Source of the DNA: Pachysolen tannophilus NRRL Y-2460
Lineage: Eukaryota
Assembly (NCBI GenBank): GCA_001661245.1
Contig: KV454016.1
Span: 227,868-291,867 of the forward strand
Direction of reading: 5' to 3'
DNA length: 64,000 nt
Each line of letters starts with the position of its first letter. The first letter of the stretch is position 1. A model generated the notes under the pieces. It was not told the origin of the DNA. It ran no database searches and saw only the letters and a list, made by a program, of their open reading frames with translations. Of the stretch, positions 35,630 to 47,990 are shown piece by piece. A program made the translations under genes and the position numbers.

Positions 35630-36148
35630 ATGACAATGCTTTTACCGATTTTAAAAAAAGAAGTTTTCAATGTTAGGTTTATAGCTCAGACCAGGGCTTT
35701 TGCCACTACGCAAGTAGTTACAAAGAAGGCAAAAAAACAACCTGAAGGTCCAAAGAGACCTCCAGCTGCTTATGCTTTATTTATTAAGGAAAATTTCAGT
35801 CATGAGAAAGCAGAAAATCCTAATTTGAAAAGTACAGAGATTTTATCACAGCTTGGTTCTGCTTGGAAATCCTTGGGAAATGGTGAAAAGAGTAAATATG
35901 AAGAAGAAGCCAAGAACCAACTTGCTGCTTATAAGAAGAAAAAAGAAGATTATTTAGCTTCATTACCAGAAAAAGAAGTTTATGGGTATGCTAAATTTAT
36001 GAAAGAAAAATTTGCAACTTATTTTGTCAAGAGTAGTGATCCAAATGATCGTAATAAAAATTTTGGAGAAGTTTCTAAAAAAGTTGCCGCTGAATGGAAA
36101 TCATTACCTGAATCAGAGAAAAAATTATACAAGAAACCAGAAAATTAA
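35630..36148 (+). CDS. ABF2: Mitochondrial HMG-box protein with two HMG boxes (Abf2/TFAM-like)
   Basis: Presequence-like N-terminus; box 1 PKRPPAAYALF...LGSAWKSL...EKSKYEEEA; box 2 YAKFMKE...KVAAEWKSLPESEKKLY. Confidence 0.75.
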   Translation: MTMLLPILKKEVFNVRFIAQTRAFATTQVVTKKAKKQPEGPKRPPAAYALFIKENFSHEKAENPNLKSTEILSQLGSAWKSLGNGEKSKYEEEAKNQLAAYKKKKEDYLASLPEKEVYGYAKFMKEKFATYFVKSSDPNDRNKNFGEVSKKVAAEWKSLPESEKKLYKKPEN

Positions 36149-36654
36149 TTTATATTATAAAAAGCGGCCTGTACGATTACTATTTTCAGTAAGGTAAAAA
36201 CTAGATGTGGATGGTGTATTGTAAATAAACAAAAAGTATACATGATTTTGTTGAAAATAAAAAATGGGAAAAAAAAATAATATATATATATATACTCTTT
36301 TTTTTCCCTCTCCCCCCTTTTTCCTTCTTATTGTTTATTCTTATCGTGATTAGAATGAATATGTTATTCATTAGAGAAATGGATAACTTTTTTTTTTTTT
36401 TTTTGTTATTATTTAATTCCAGTTTTTAGCTATGAGAAATTTAACTAATTCGATTTCCTTTTCCCTTTTTTCTTTTTTTTATTATTATTTTTTTTTTGTT
36501 CTGTCTGGTTATTCTAATTGTGATTATTACTTTTTTTTATGTCTTTTACTCTATTTTTGAAAAGTTACTTTACCATTAAAATGTTTCTAAAGACAGTATA
36601 AACTAATCATCATCGTACCTTTTGAAACTAAGTATATTTATCATACTTTTTTAG

Positions 36655-36780
36655 TGACATCTTTCCTGACACCTTTTCCTGACATCTTTTCCTGACATCT
36701 TTTATGACACCTTTTTCTGTCACTGGGTCTGACACCGGGTCTGACACGAGACCCAAAACTAGTGGCACTAGTGCCACTAG
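36655..36780. repeat. TGACA tandem array plus a 22-bp perfect palindrome upstream of the AIM2-like gene
   Basis: TGACA at 36655, 36667, 36680, 36693, 36705, 36730 and 36742; TGTCA at 36718; palindrome CTAGTGGCACTAGTGCCACTAG at 36759-36780. Confidence 0.9.
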
Positions 36781-37163
36781 CAACACTAGCGACATAAGAA
36801 ATACAAGCAATACATTTTGCATAGAAACCAAAAAGCAACATAGGCGACACAGGCGACACGGATCTTTCCTAAGGATTTTGTTCCGAAAAGACATTTATTT
36901 CCGAAAATTGTTCCGTTTTTGGATGAGATCTGGTGGATTAACCGCAGGAGTGTCTTTTTCATTTCATTTTTTTACTTTTCAATTCGTCAATTTGTTTCGA
37001 TTTTGTTAACTTCGTTAATTCCATAATCATATAAAAGTATTGAACTGTTTGTTGTAGCTGGTTTCAACTCTTTTTTCATTTTATTTTGATTTGATCAAGT
37101 TTTTCAAAGAAAAAAAAATACAAAAAATTGATATTATTTAATTAGAAAGAAAAAAAAAAATAG

Positions 37164-38136
37164 GTTGGTACTTGTTGTCTTAAATATAGCTTTCATGGTA
37201 CGTTGGAAAGAGGATCTCAGTTTTTCTCGATCTCAATTTATTTTTCCAATTGCTATTGCTTTTTGCATTGGCGTTGGCAATAGTATTGAGATTGACATTA
37301 TGGAATTGAAATTGGAATTACTAACTAAAAGTTCTTGACCATTTTGTGTGTGTTCTTTTTTTTTTTATTTTAAATAGAAGGTACTCCAGCTGGTTCTCAT
37401 CAATTAATCCATGGCGGTAAGTAATCTATCAGCTTATAATAGTTTTAATTTTCACTCAATTTCAAGACTAATGAATTTTTTTTTTATTGCAGTTGATACA
37501 TACGTCTCCGGTACTAAATCTGATAAAGTTATTGTCATTTATACCGATATTTATGGTAATAAGTTCCAAAACACTTTATTGCTTGCAGATAAATTTGCTG
37601 CTGCAGGATTTTATGTTTTAGTTCCTGATATCTTAAATGGTGAAGTTGGTAATCCAAATTGGACTAAAGAAGAATTATATGCTTGGTTACCGGTTCTTTT
37701 CCAAAAAATTGCTAGTACTCCACAACTTCTTAAAAAATTTTTAACCCTGATTAAAGAAGAAGATAAGGCCAAATTTATTGGAGGTGTTGGTTACTGTCTT
37801 GGTGCTACTTACCTTGTTTCTGAACTCGCTGAAAATGGTCTTTTGGATGCTGGTTGTGTTGCTCATCCATCAAAAGTGGACCAAGAATCTTTTAAGCCAA
37901 TTAGAAAACCTATTCTTATATCAGCTGCTGAAACTGATCCAAGTTTCCAACCAGAGCTTAGACATTTTGCAGAACAAATTTTGGCTGAAAATAAAGTTAC
38001 CTATCAAAGTACAGTTTTTAGTGGTGTTTATCACGGTTTTGCTGTCAAAGGTGATTACAGTGTTGAAAATATTAGATATGCTGCTAACAAGGCTTTGAAA
38101 GATCACATTGAGTGGTTTGAAAGATTTTCATCTTAA
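37164..38136 (+). CDS. AIM2: Dienelactone hydrolase family protein (Aim2-like); exons 37164-37197, 37378-37416 and 37493-38136; start codon unresolved
   Basis: Splicing gives VGTCCLKYSFHE|GTPAGSHQLIHG|VDTY, matching the Aim2-type CC....HEGTP.G start. Catalytic motifs are GYCLGA, AETD and VYHGFAV. Introns are GTACGT..TACTAAC..TAG and GTAAGT..GACTAAT..CAG. Confidence 0.8.
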
Positions 38137-38465
38137 ACAGTGAAAAAACTTGATCCAATTCCTTGGATAATTTTCAGTTATTTTAAGTAATATATATTTA
38201 TATACATTTCTTTACTAACTTTTTTTTTTGATACAATCTATCAATGGATAATATATTACGTATGATTGAAATTTCTTTTAATAGTGAAAATTACAAAAAT
38301 TTTTTATATTATTTGTACTTATTTTTTTTTTTTTATTTTTATTTTTTATTTTTTTATTTCGGTTTAAATTCATTTAACTCTTTTTATTTTCTCTCTTTTT
38401 CCTAATATTCTTTTATCTTAAACGAATTTGTCTATTTTCGTTTCTTAATGGTATTTTATTCCTTT

Positions 38466-40853
38466 TCAATTCCATCTTATGCCCCTACTATAATTGTCCT
38501 TATAATTGTTTTCTCCTTGATAACCATGATACTCTGTACCACTGAGATTAAGAGCACTTCCGCTATTATTATAATTTTGATAACTATTTCCTGGTCTAGT
38601 TATTGGTATTCCATTGTTTCCGACAACACTTACAGGAACAACACCGCTGTTATTACTTGTAAAAGAATCATCTCTTGTCCTTCCAACGTCTGTACTACTA
38701 CTAAAGCTACCTCCATTGTTTAAGGTTTTATAAGAACCTGAAGTTCCTTCTCCACTACCGTTTTTATTCAGGGCAGCAGCTGTACCATCAGATGAGGTAT
38801 CAACATCTTCAAAATCATCATTTAATAAACCTCTTTGATTTTCAACCAACATTGAATTTCTATCATGACCTCTCATTGCTGTGGCTCCAAGAGCAGAAAG
38901 TTCCATATCTGTCTTTTCTGATTCATGCAGTTTTGGTATAAATGAAACTCTATCATCTTTCATTGGTTGATATCTTGTATCTGGGTTTTTATAAACAACT
39001 GCCAATACACATGTAACAATTGTGAAAATCAATAATACACATGAAAATACAGCATTTAAAACAAATAATATGACTGCCATAATGGATGAAACAACCATTG
39101 GTTGTCCAAAAATTTCAGAGAAAAAAACATAAAAAATTGCATTTAAAACATTTACCGTTGCAATGAAAATATTATAAATATTTGTTCTCTTATCCATATA
39201 AGGTTTTTGCCAACATAAACCTGCAAAATACAGGATTTCTAATACACAAACTAACATTGCTTGTACTTTACCATTTGATTGAATAACAGCAACAAAGAGT
39301 GATTTCAAAAAAGTATGTACAAGAACAACAATAATCCAAAAATATTTATCAGCTCTAAATTGAACGTATAAGAATCCAAATCTATTTAAAATTCTTGGTT
39401 CACCAAATAATAAATAAGCTGGATTTTTATATAAATTAACTGAATTTCTTGCAATTATAATCAATCTAACAGCAGCTTGTACTAATAAGACAATAACTAT
39501 AATCAACATACAAACTGCAATTACTAAAGTACCTGCAGAATCTCTTTCTGTAAATTCCCATAAACACAAGACACTTAATTGAGGTAATGCTAATAAAGCA
39601 AGTCTATAAAGACAACCTTTTGTTACTGCACCCCAATGTTGTCTATATTCACTATATCTACCTTCTTTCATTGCACCAGTTCTAATTAAAATTTCAATAA
39701 TTGCTTTAAACAGGAAAAGTGCCACTAATACAATGAAACCGAAAAATAAGAAAAAGATAAAACCTGTCAAGAAAAAACTTGTAATTTCAATACCTGCAAG
39801 GTAAGCAACTCTTTGTATTCCTCTTAAAACCAAAATTTTTGAAGTAATATCTGAACTTTTTTCATCAGTTGTATATAAATCTGAATCATCTAAATCTAAA
39901 TCATCAGAAAATCCTAAATCACTTGAAGTACTTCTTTTAGAAAAAGTAGTTAAAAATCTATTTTTTGCCATATTATTTACAGCTTTAATAGTATTTAATA
40001 TAGCATTATCACTTCTTTTTTGAACTGAAATAGATAATATATCTTCACTTGATAAAATTGAAGTAACAGTACCTCCAGTTGATTGAACATACCAATTTGC
40101 AATATTTTGTATAACACCTACTCTAATAATACCCATTGACCAAACGAAATTTTGAGCCCATGCAGCAGCAATTGGTGGAACTCTAGATACTGCCATCATT
40201 GAAGTAATTGCTAAACTTTGGAAATAGATGAAAAGGGATAATGAATTTGAAGCGATATGAGCAGCAGTATTTGAATGTCCTGCAATCGAAATAACCCCTG
40301 AAGTTAATAACCCTAAACCAGAAACAGCAGCAATAGGCCAAGCAGCATATTTAGTTTGAACAGATTTCCCATTAGATAAAATGGCTTCAACACAAGCTAA
40401 AGGAGCACTTTCATTTGAAGTTGAATAAACAATAATTCTTATAGCAGCATCCAAATCAGGAACTGTATAAGCAACAGAAGGAATATCATCTGTTACTGAA
40501 CTTGAAACAGCATAATTTGAACTAATTTCTATATGACCTGAAGTTATTGGACATAAAGTAGAATAATCCAATGTACAAAGTGTAATATTTTTAGTAAGAA
40601 TTGTAATTCCATAAACTATTAATTCTACTTGAGCACCAACATAATCACTTATTGTAGAAATCGCTGTAATGTCAAAGGTAATTTCATTATTAGAAGGAGT
40701 GAATTTCACATCAAAATAAGAAGCAGTTAATTGTGAATCTTCCATACATGTTAATAATGATGAAGATTCAATATACCTTTCAGCACTAGAAATTCCAAAG
40801 AATCCTACCAAAAGCCAAAGAAACAAAAATAATCTTTTAATTATAAGAACCAT
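38466..40853 (-). CDS. FLC2: FLC/TRP-like ER membrane protein (flavin carrier family)
   Basis: Signal peptide; motifs SSSLLTCM, AYTVPDLDA, SNGKSVQTKYAAWP, VPPIAAAWAQNF and RYQPMKDDRVSFI. The paralogue name rests on its divergent position next to ACS1. Confidence 0.85.
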   Translation of the reverse strand: MVLIIKRLFLFLWLLVGFFGISSAERYIESSSLLTCMEDSQLTASYFDVKFTPSNNEITFDITAISTISDYVGAQVELIVYGITILTKNITLCTLDYSTLCPITSGHIEISSNYAVSSSVTDDIPSVAYTVPDLDAAIRIIVYSTSNESAPLACVEAILSNGKSVQTKYAAWPIAAVSGLGLLTSGVISIAGHSNTAAHIASNSLSLFIYFQSLAITSMMAVSRVPPIAAAWAQNFVWSMGIIRVGVIQNIANWYVQSTGGTVTSILSSEDILSISVQKRSDNAILNTIKAVNNMAKNRFLTTFSKRSTSSDLGFSDDLDLDDSDLYTTDEKSSDITSKILVLRGIQRVAYLAGIEITSFFLTGFIFFLFFGFIVLVALFLFKAIIEILIRTGAMKEGRYSEYRQHWGAVTKGCLYRLALLALPQLSVLCLWEFTERDSAGTLVIAVCMLIIVIVLLVQAAVRLIIIARNSVNLYKNPAYLLFGEPRILNRFGFLYVQFRADKYFWIIVVLVHTFLKSLFVAVIQSNGKVQAMLVCVLEILYFAGLCWQKPYMDKRTNIYNIFIATVNVLNAIFYVFFSEIFGQPMVVSSIMAVILFVLNAVFSCVLLIFTIVTCVLAVVYKNPDTRYQPMKDDRVSFIPKLHESEKTDMELSALGATAMRGHDRNSMLVENQRGLLNDDFEDVDTSSDGTAAALNKNGSGEGTSGSYKTLNNGGSFSSSTDVGRTRDDSFTSNNSGVVPVSVVGNNGIPITRPGNSYQNYNNSGSALNLSGTEYHGYQGENNYKDNYSRGIRWN

Positions 40854-41134
40854 TTTTTATCTTTTTTTCACCTCCCCCCAAACAAACTTAAATGAAAATT
40901 TAATACTTTTTTTTCTTTAATCTCTCTTAAATATCGAACAACAACTTTATTATTATATTGTTTGTTATATTGTATAGCGATAACTTAACTAATTTTCTTT
41001 GTAACAAAGCGAAAGTATGTGAAAAAAGAAAAAGAAAAAAATTAAAAAAAAAGAGCAAAAGAAAAAAAAAACACCACCCACTACTATAATCTATAATCTA
41101 TGATCTATGATCTATTTGATCTCTAATAACAATA

Positions 41135-41167
<33 letters not shown>

Positions 41168-41836
41168 CTTAAAATTTGTTTATCAATAATATTATATATA
41201 TATATAAAAAATATATATTAATGATTATAATATTATACAAAATTACTTGTTTGTTTGTTTGTTTGTTTGTTTGTTTGTTATACTTTGCTGATGCTTATAA
41301 TGATGGCAGTGTATTTTTGCTAAAAAAAAAAAAAGAAAAAGAAAAAATTTAAAAAAAAAATGTTTAAATTTAGAAGGAACCGAAAAGGGAAAGTGAAAAA
41401 AAAATTCAAAAGTCGTGCGTTAGTAGATAAACAGCCCCTAAACAAAAAAAATAAACAAAAGGTAGTTTAAACTTGATCAATAAAGAAGAAAACCACGGAA
41501 GTGTAATTATTACTAAAAGTTTCCAAAAAGGAAATAAGGGTTTTTTTTTCTCTTCTTTTCTTTTCTTTTTTTTTTTTTTGATTATCTCCCCATTAGTGCG
41601 GCTTCTTTTAAACTGATTACCTCTTTTTCCCCTCATTTGTCTTTTAAAATACTGATATAGTTGATGATTTAAGATATATGTTAATGCGAATACAATTTTA
41701 TAATATGGATAAATAAAATAAATGGATGATGATGTGGAGGAAGAGGAGGAATAAGTATAGAAACTCTTAAAAATAAAAAAAATAAAATAAAATAAAAAGA
41801 AAAATAAAAAGAGGAGGTATTGAATTAAGTCTACTA

Positions 41837-41871
<35 letters not shown>

Positions 41872-41959
41872 CCATTTATTTTTTATTTTTTATAAAAGTT
41901 GTTAATAAAATTATTATTATTAATATTTTTTTTTCTTAACTTATTAATTGTTATTTATT

Positions 41960-43987
41960 ATGCCAACAAAAGATTTAGATTTATTACTACGTGAAGGCGC
42001 TCTTCAACCTCCAAAAGGTTTTTTTGAAAGGCGTCCTCCAAATTCAAAACCTTTTTTAAAAAATTTTGATGAATATTTAAAGCTTTATAAACAAAGTATA
42101 GATGATCCAGAAAAATTTTTTTCACAAATGGCAATTGAAAATTTATCATGGTCAAAAAAATTTGATTATGGACGTTTACCAACAAATGAAAAAATTTTTA
42201 ATAAAGAAACTTGTGATGCTGCTGCATGGTTTGTTGGTGGTGAATTAAATGCTTGTTATAATTGTGTTGATCGTCATGCATTATTAAATCCAAATAAACC
42301 TGCTATAATTTATGAAGCTGATGAACCTAATGAAGGTTATATTTTAACTTTTGGTGAATTATTGAAAAAAATTTGTCAAGTTTCACAAATTTTAAAACAA
42401 TTGGGTGTTAAAAAAGGTGATACTGTTGCTGTTTATTTACCAATGATTCCAGAAGCAATCATTACTTTAATGGCAATTGTAAGAATTGGTGCAATTCATT
42501 CTGTAATTTTTGCTGGTTTTTCTTCAGCTTCATTAAGAGATCGAATTATTGATGCAAATTCAAAAATAGTTATAACTTCTGATGAAAGTAAAAGAGGTGG
42601 TAAAATTATTGAAACTAAAAAAATTGTTGATGAAGCTTTAAAACAATGTCCACTGGTTACAAATGTTTTAGTTTTTAAAAGAACAGGTAATTCACATATT
42701 CCATGGACTAAAGGTAGAGATTTATGGTGGCATGAAGAAATTAATAAATATATTCCTTATATTCCTCCAACTCTGGTTTCTTCAGAAGATCCTTTATTTT
42801 TATTATATACTTCAGGTTCAACAGGTAAACCAAAAGGTGTTCAACATAATACTGCTGGTTATTTATTAGGTGCACTATTAACTACAAAATATGTTTTTGA
42901 TGTTCATCCAGATGATATTCTTTTCACCGCTGGTGATGTTGGTTGGATTACTGGTCATTCATACGTTGTTTATGGCCCATTATTAAATGGTGCAACAACA
43001 GTGGTTTTTGAAGGTACCCCTGCATATCCAAATTATTCAAGATATTGGGAAATTGTTGATAAATATAAAGTTACACAATTTTATGTAGCACCAACTGCAT
43101 TACGTTTATTAAAAAGAGCAGGTTCAAAATATGTTGAAAATTATGATTTATCATCTTTAAGAACTTTAGGATCTGTTGGTGAACCAATTGCTCCAGAAGT
43201 TTGGGAATGGTATAATGAATTTGTTGGAAGAAATAATGCTCATATTTGTGATACTTATTGGCAAACTGAAACTGGTTCTCATATAATTGCACCTTTAGCA
43301 GGTATTACACCAACAAAAGCTGGTTCTGCTTCTTTCCCATTTTTCGGAATTGATCCAGTTATTGTTGATCCAGTTTCTGGTGAAGAATTAATAGGTAATG
43401 ATGTAGAAGGTGTATTATGTGTTAGAAATCCATGGCCTTCAATGGCAAGATCTATTTGGAATGATTATAATAGATTTTTGGATACTTATTTAAAACCTTT
43501 TAGAGGTTATTATTTTACAGGTGATGGTGCAGCTAGAGATAAAGATGGATTTTATTGGATCTTGGGTAGAGTTGATGATGTTGTTAACGTTAGTGGTCAT
43601 AGATTATCAACTGCAGAAATTGAAAGTGCCCTTATCGAACATCATTTAGTTGCTGAAAGTGCCGTTGTTGGTTTCCCAGATGAATTGACTGGTAGTGCAG
43701 TTGCTGCATTTGTAGCTTTGAAAGATAAATCTTTATACTCGGATGATGATAACGCTAATGATATTAAAAAACAATTAATCGTAACTGTTAGAAAAGAAAT
43801 TGGTCCATTTGCTGCACCAAAAATGATTTTATTGGTCAATGATTTACCAAAGACAAGATCAGGTAAAATCATGAGAAGAATCATGAGAAAAATATTGGCA
43901 GGAGAAGAAGATCAATTAGGAGACGTTTCAACATTATCTAATCCAGATGTCGTTCAACACTTGATTGATGTTGTTAAATCCAATTAA
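41960..43987 (+). CDS. ACS1: Acetyl-CoA synthetase
   Basis: Motifs [38 protein letters not shown] and [11 protein letters not shown]. The C-terminal [10 protein letters not shown] and the FLC2 neighbour favour ACS1. ATG at 41960. Confidence 0.93.
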   Translation: MPTKDLDLLLREGALQPPKGFFERRPPNSKPFLKNFDEYLKLYKQSIDDPEKFFSQMAIENLSWSKKFDYGRLPTNEKIFNKETCDAAAWFVGGELNACYNCVDRHALLNPNKPAIIYEADEPNEGYILTFGELLKKICQVSQILKQLGVKKGDTVAVYLPMIPEAIITLMAIVRIGAIHSVIFAGFSSASLRDRIIDANSKIVITSDESKRGGKIIETKKIVDEALKQCPLVTNVLVFKRTGNSHIPWTKGRDLWWHEEINKYIPYIPPTLVSSEDPLFLLYTSGSTGKPKGVQHNTAGYLLGALLTTKYVFDVHPDDILFTAGDVGWITGHSYVVYGPLLNGATTVVFEGTPAYPNYSRYWEIVDKYKVTQFYVAPTALRLLKRAGSKYVENYDLSSLRTLGSVGEPIAPEVWEWYNEFVGRNNAHICDTYWQTETGSHIIAPLAGITPTKAGSASFPFFGIDPVIVDPVSGEELIGNDVEGVLCVRNPWPSMARSIWNDYNRFLDTYLKPFRGYYFTGDGAARDKDGFYWILGRVDDVVNVSGHRLSTAEIESALIEHHLVAESAVVGFPDELTGSAVAAFVALKDKSLYSDDDNANDIKKQLIVTVRKEIGPFAAPKMILLVNDLPKTRSGKIMRRIMRKILAGEEDQLGDVSTLSNPDVVQHLIDVVKSN

Positions 43988-44416
43988 AGAAAAATAATAA
44001 AACAAAAAAAAATATAAAAAAAAAAAAAGGAACCAAAAAGAAAATATACTAATATTTCTTGATAATGAGAATTAGAACTAATATTTATTTATTTATTTAT
44101 TTATTCATTTATTTATATATTTATATATATCATTTGTAACGAATTTTTTCATTGATATTTTGTTTAAATTTATTTAATTTTTTATTTATTTTTTTTATTT
44201 AGTTTTATTTTATTTTATCACAATTTTTATAACTTCTTTTTTAACGTATATATGATTTGATTTAGATACCAGTAACAGTTTTTGAAGAAGCAGTTATATA
44301 TTTTTATAAATATATATATATTTACATATGAGTAATTACTTTTAAGCTATCATTGCTATTGTTATTACTTATCCATCATGGTTTCATGATTTCATAATTT
44401 TGAGCTAGAAGCAAAA

Positions 44417-47400
44417 ATGAATTTTGATAATAATAGTAGTTCTTTTATAACATCATTAGGCGATGATGAGTTAATAGAATTTATCAATAAGTTAAGTCAA
44501 GAAAAAAAATCCAAGCGTGGATTTAAATCACAAGACGATAATTTACAAGAAAGAGATCATGATCACTTGGAAGTCGAGACAGATGTTGATACAGAACTCG
44601 ATGATCATGAAGAGCTTGATGTTAACAAGATCTTCCCACCTTCAAGTCCATTAAAGCTGCCCTCTTCAGTTCCAATTCATCAAGATAAGAACAATAATAT
44701 TTCTGTTGTTGGAGAAAAAGAAGAAGAAGAAGAAGAAGAAGCTGGTTTAAAACCTCAAGATGGAATAGAATTAGAATTTGGTGATTATGCAACTTATTTT
44801 AAAGAGAAACAAAAGAAACAGCAAGAAGCTGATTATAATTATAAAGAATGGGATGCCAATAGAAGAAGAAAGCAATATAAGGAACAAATTGATTATCCTC
44901 AAATTTTTGTTAATTGTATTATACATGTAACTGGTAGAACTGAACCAGATATTACACAATTACATAAATTAATTGTATTACATGGTGGGAAATTCTTACA
45001 TTATTTGGGAGCAAAGGGAAATGCAACACATATAATTGCCGGTAAATTGACACCAAGAAAGAAATTGGAATTTGCAAAATATAAAGTTTTAAAACCTGAA
45101 TGGATTACTGAAAGTGTATCTTGTGGGAAATTATTACCCTGGATGGATTATACTTTAATTGATAATGATTATGGTCAAACAAAATTGAATTTCAATAGGA
45201 AAGCTCAAACTTTAGAGAAGAGTGATAATGCTGGGGAAAAAACAAGTAACGATGATGATGATGACGATGATGAATTTGGATTGGCTGCACTGTCACCAGA
45301 AGAAACTGACTTAACTCAAGACCCTATGGTAATTGAAAATAACGATAATCAACAGCAAATAGATGCTAAAAATCCAGATTTTTTGCAGATTTTTTTTGCT
45401 AAATCGAGATTACACCATTTGAGTACTTGGAAATCTGATTTAAGAGAAGAATTTTTCCAAAAAGCTTTAGCTAAACTTCGAGAAAGGAAATCAAATATTG
45501 TATCTTCTGCTTTTAAAAAATCTTCTTCTTCTAAAATTATTTTTCACATTGATTTTGATTGTTTTTTCGCAACTGTTTCGGCACTAAATCAACCTAATAT
45601 TGATCCAAGTAAACAGCCAATTTGTGTTACACATGGTGGTGGGAACGCAGATATTGCTAGCTGTAACTATGTCGCACGGAAATCTGGTGTTAAAAATGGA
45701 ATGTGGTTTAATTCTGCTAAAAAATTATGTCCAAATTTAATTCCTCTTGGTTATAAATTTGATGAGTATGATAGAATTTCTAAAATTTTTTATAAAAATT
45801 TATTGGATTTGGAACTTGATTCTGTCCTTCCTGTTTCTGTGGATGAAGCATTATTGGATGTTACCTCTTTATGTACTGGTGGTGATGATGATGATGAAAC
45901 TATAATTGAACAATCAGAGCGAGCAATGCAATTGGCAAAAAAAATTAAGAAAACTATATTTGAAGAAACTGATTGTTCTGTGAGTATAGGAATTGGTAGA
46001 AACGTCTTATTAGCAAAATTAGCCTTAAGAAGAGCAAAACCAGATGGTATTTTCCAAGTTTCAGATCCAATTCATGATTTTTTAGAAAATATTCCAGTAA
46101 AAGATTTACCAGGAGTTGGTTATAATATTGCTCAAAAATTACTGAAAGAATTTGGTGAAAATTCAGATTTTTCTATCGGTTCATTGAAGCAAATTGAAAA
46201 GCAAAAATTAATTAATATGTTTGGTATTAAAACAGGTACCCGATTATATGATTATGCAAGAGGAATCGATAAGACAAATATCGATATTTCATCAAACCCT
46301 CAGGATTTCCAAAGAAAGTCTGTATCTATCGATATAAATTGGGGGATAAGATTTGATAATATACAACAGGTTGATATGTTCTTGGTGAGCTGTGCAAAAG
46401 AGATGAACACTAGGTTAGCTAAGATTAACAAAAGTGGTTCTCAAATAATGTTGAAATTAGCAAGGAGGGCTCCAAATGCACCCATTGAACCTACAAAATA
46501 TCTTGGTATGGGTGATTGTGTTTTTTGTTCTAAGAGTGCAAGGTTTGGAATTGCTACAAGGGAAATTGGATTAATTTCTACGGAAAGTAAATCATTGTTT
46601 AGAATTTTAAATGTTCCTCCAACTGAATTGAGAGGGGTTTCAATTCAGATTACCAACTTAGTAGACGATAGTCTGACTTCAAGTCAAATGAAATTGCAGT
46701 TTAAAAAACTGGAAAAAACTCCATTTACTACAACGCGGAAGGAAAAAGACCAGGTTACAGATAATGTATCATCACCAGAAATCCAAAAAATTTCATCTAC
46801 ATCTTCTCAATATGATGTTCCAAATGATGTCCATAGTAGTCTTTTGAAAGAATTACCTGCTGATATCAGACAGAAAGTGGAAAATCAAAGGCAAAAGACC
46901 AAGCCAAAAATTTCCAACAATAACAGCAGTCTCAATTTCAATAATAATAATAATCATATCAATAGTCACGAAATAGACTGGGAAGTATTCAAAGAGTTGC
47001 CATTAGATATTCAAAATGAATTAAAGATAGAATTGAAAAGACGTGAAATACCGATTTTAGGAAAACCTGACACTCCTACTAAAAGAGACTATAGAACTTC
47101 TCCTTCAAAATTTCATCTTCAGCAAATTTTTCCTGAGAGTCCTGGTGAAAAAGCCAAGGTTGTTAGAGTTTTATCTCCTTCTCCAAGGAAAAAAAGGAAA
47201 ATTATAGCAGCAGACTCTGCTGCGTCTGGATCTATTGGAAACAATACTACGAAAATTAAACCTCCTCCACTTAATTTTGAGGAATTAAACGTTGATAAGG
47301 GATTTCTTGATGAATTGCCGCTGTCAGTAAGAAATGAAATTATAGCAGATTTTCAATATCAACAAGAGTTGAAATTTAAAAGACAAAAATTTCAAGAGAC

Positions 47401-47818
47401 AGAAGAAGAATTTCGAAAAATTCAAAAAAAATTGCAACAACCAAGATCTATTAGAATAACATCAGAATTATATACACAGTTACTAGGTACAAGAACAAAA
47501 CCACCACCTCGATTTCAATTTACATCATCGTTCACTAAAATTAAAGAATTAATCATCACCTGGATCAGGTCAACAATAAATGTTGGTCCACATGAGGATG
47601 ATTTTAACAAATTGATGGAATTTATCGTAGAATTGATCTCGACCAAGAATTTTACAAAAAGCATCAACATTTTAAAAATCATATTGGTCAATGTTCAAAT
47701 TGAAAAGAAAAATTGTGACAATTATAAAGGTTTTCAAGAATGGGAAAGCCGACTGCAAATGTTAAAAGAATTCATTACTACTGAATTTGAGAAACATAAT
47801 ATTATTTATGAGTTGTAA
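44417..47818 (+). CDS. REV1: Y-family translesion deoxycytidyl transferase
   Basis: Motifs FGDY..YF..K, a BRCT domain, N-digit SRLHHLSTWK, HIDFDCFF, SCNYVAR and SVDEA. Confidence 0.96.
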   Translation: MNFDNNSSSFITSLGDDELIEFINKLSQEKKSKRGFKSQDDNLQERDHDHLEVETDVDTELDDHEELDVNKIFPPSSPLKLPSSVPIHQDKNNNISVVGEKEEEEEEEAGLKPQDGIELEFGDYATYFKEKQKKQQEADYNYKEWDANRRRKQYKEQIDYPQIFVNCIIHVTGRTEPDITQLHKLIVLHGGKFLHYLGAKGNATHIIAGKLTPRKKLEFAKYKVLKPEWITESVSCGKLLPWMDYTLIDNDYGQTKLNFNRKAQTLEKSDNAGEKTSNDDDDDDDEFGLAALSPEETDLTQDPMVIENNDNQQQIDAKNPDFLQIFFAKSRLHHLSTWKSDLREEFFQKALAKLRERKSNIVSSAFKKSSSSKIIFHIDFDCFFATVSALNQPNIDPSKQPICVTHGGGNADIASCNYVARKSGVKNGMWFNSAKKLCPNLIPLGYKFDEYDRISKIFYKNLLDLELDSVLPVSVDEALLDVTSLCTGGDDDDETIIEQSERAMQLAKKIKKTIFEETDCSVSIGIGRNVLLAKLALRRAKPDGIFQVSDPIHDFLENIPVKDLPGVGYNIAQKLLKEFGENSDFSIGSLKQIEKQKLINMFGIKTGTRLYDYARGIDKTNIDISSNPQDFQRKSVSIDINWGIRFDNIQQVDMFLVSCAKEMNTRLAKINKSGSQIMLKLARRAPNAPIEPTKYLGMGDCVFCSKSARFGIATREIGLISTESKSLFRILNVPPTELRGVSIQITNLVDDSLTSSQMKLQFKKLEKTPFTTTRKEKDQVTDNVSSPEIQKISSTSSQYDVPNDVHSSLLKELPADIRQKVENQRQKTKPKISNNNSSLNFNNNNNHINSHEIDWEVFKELPLDIQNELKIELKRREIPILGKPDTPTKRDYRTSPSKFHLQQIFPESPGEKAKVVRVLSPSPRKKRKIIAADSAASGSIGNNTTKIKPPPLNFEELNVDKGFLDELPLSVRNEIIADFQYQQELKFKRQKFQETEEEFRKIQKKLQQPRSIRITSELYTQLLGTRTKPPPRFQFTSSFTKIKELIITWIRSTINVGPHEDDFNKLMEFIVELISTKNFTKSINILKIILVNVQIEKKNCDNYKGFQEWESRLQMLKEFITTEFEKHNIIYEL

Positions 47819-47885
47819 TGAAACTCAAAACTGCAATTGTATTATATAAAATTATAATATAATTTTTTTTTTTTTTATAAAGAAA

Positions 47886-47922
<37 letters not shown>

Positions 47923-47990
47923 GAGTCTTACTTGATTAATTAATCCGAATCACAATGAATCATGTATTGTATATATATTACTTAGTTAAT

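Noticed and set aside
36655..36860. CRISPR-like or transposon-end reading of the short repeats
   Set aside because: Eukaryotic context, no unique spacers, no terminal inverted repeats with target-site duplication and no transposase.
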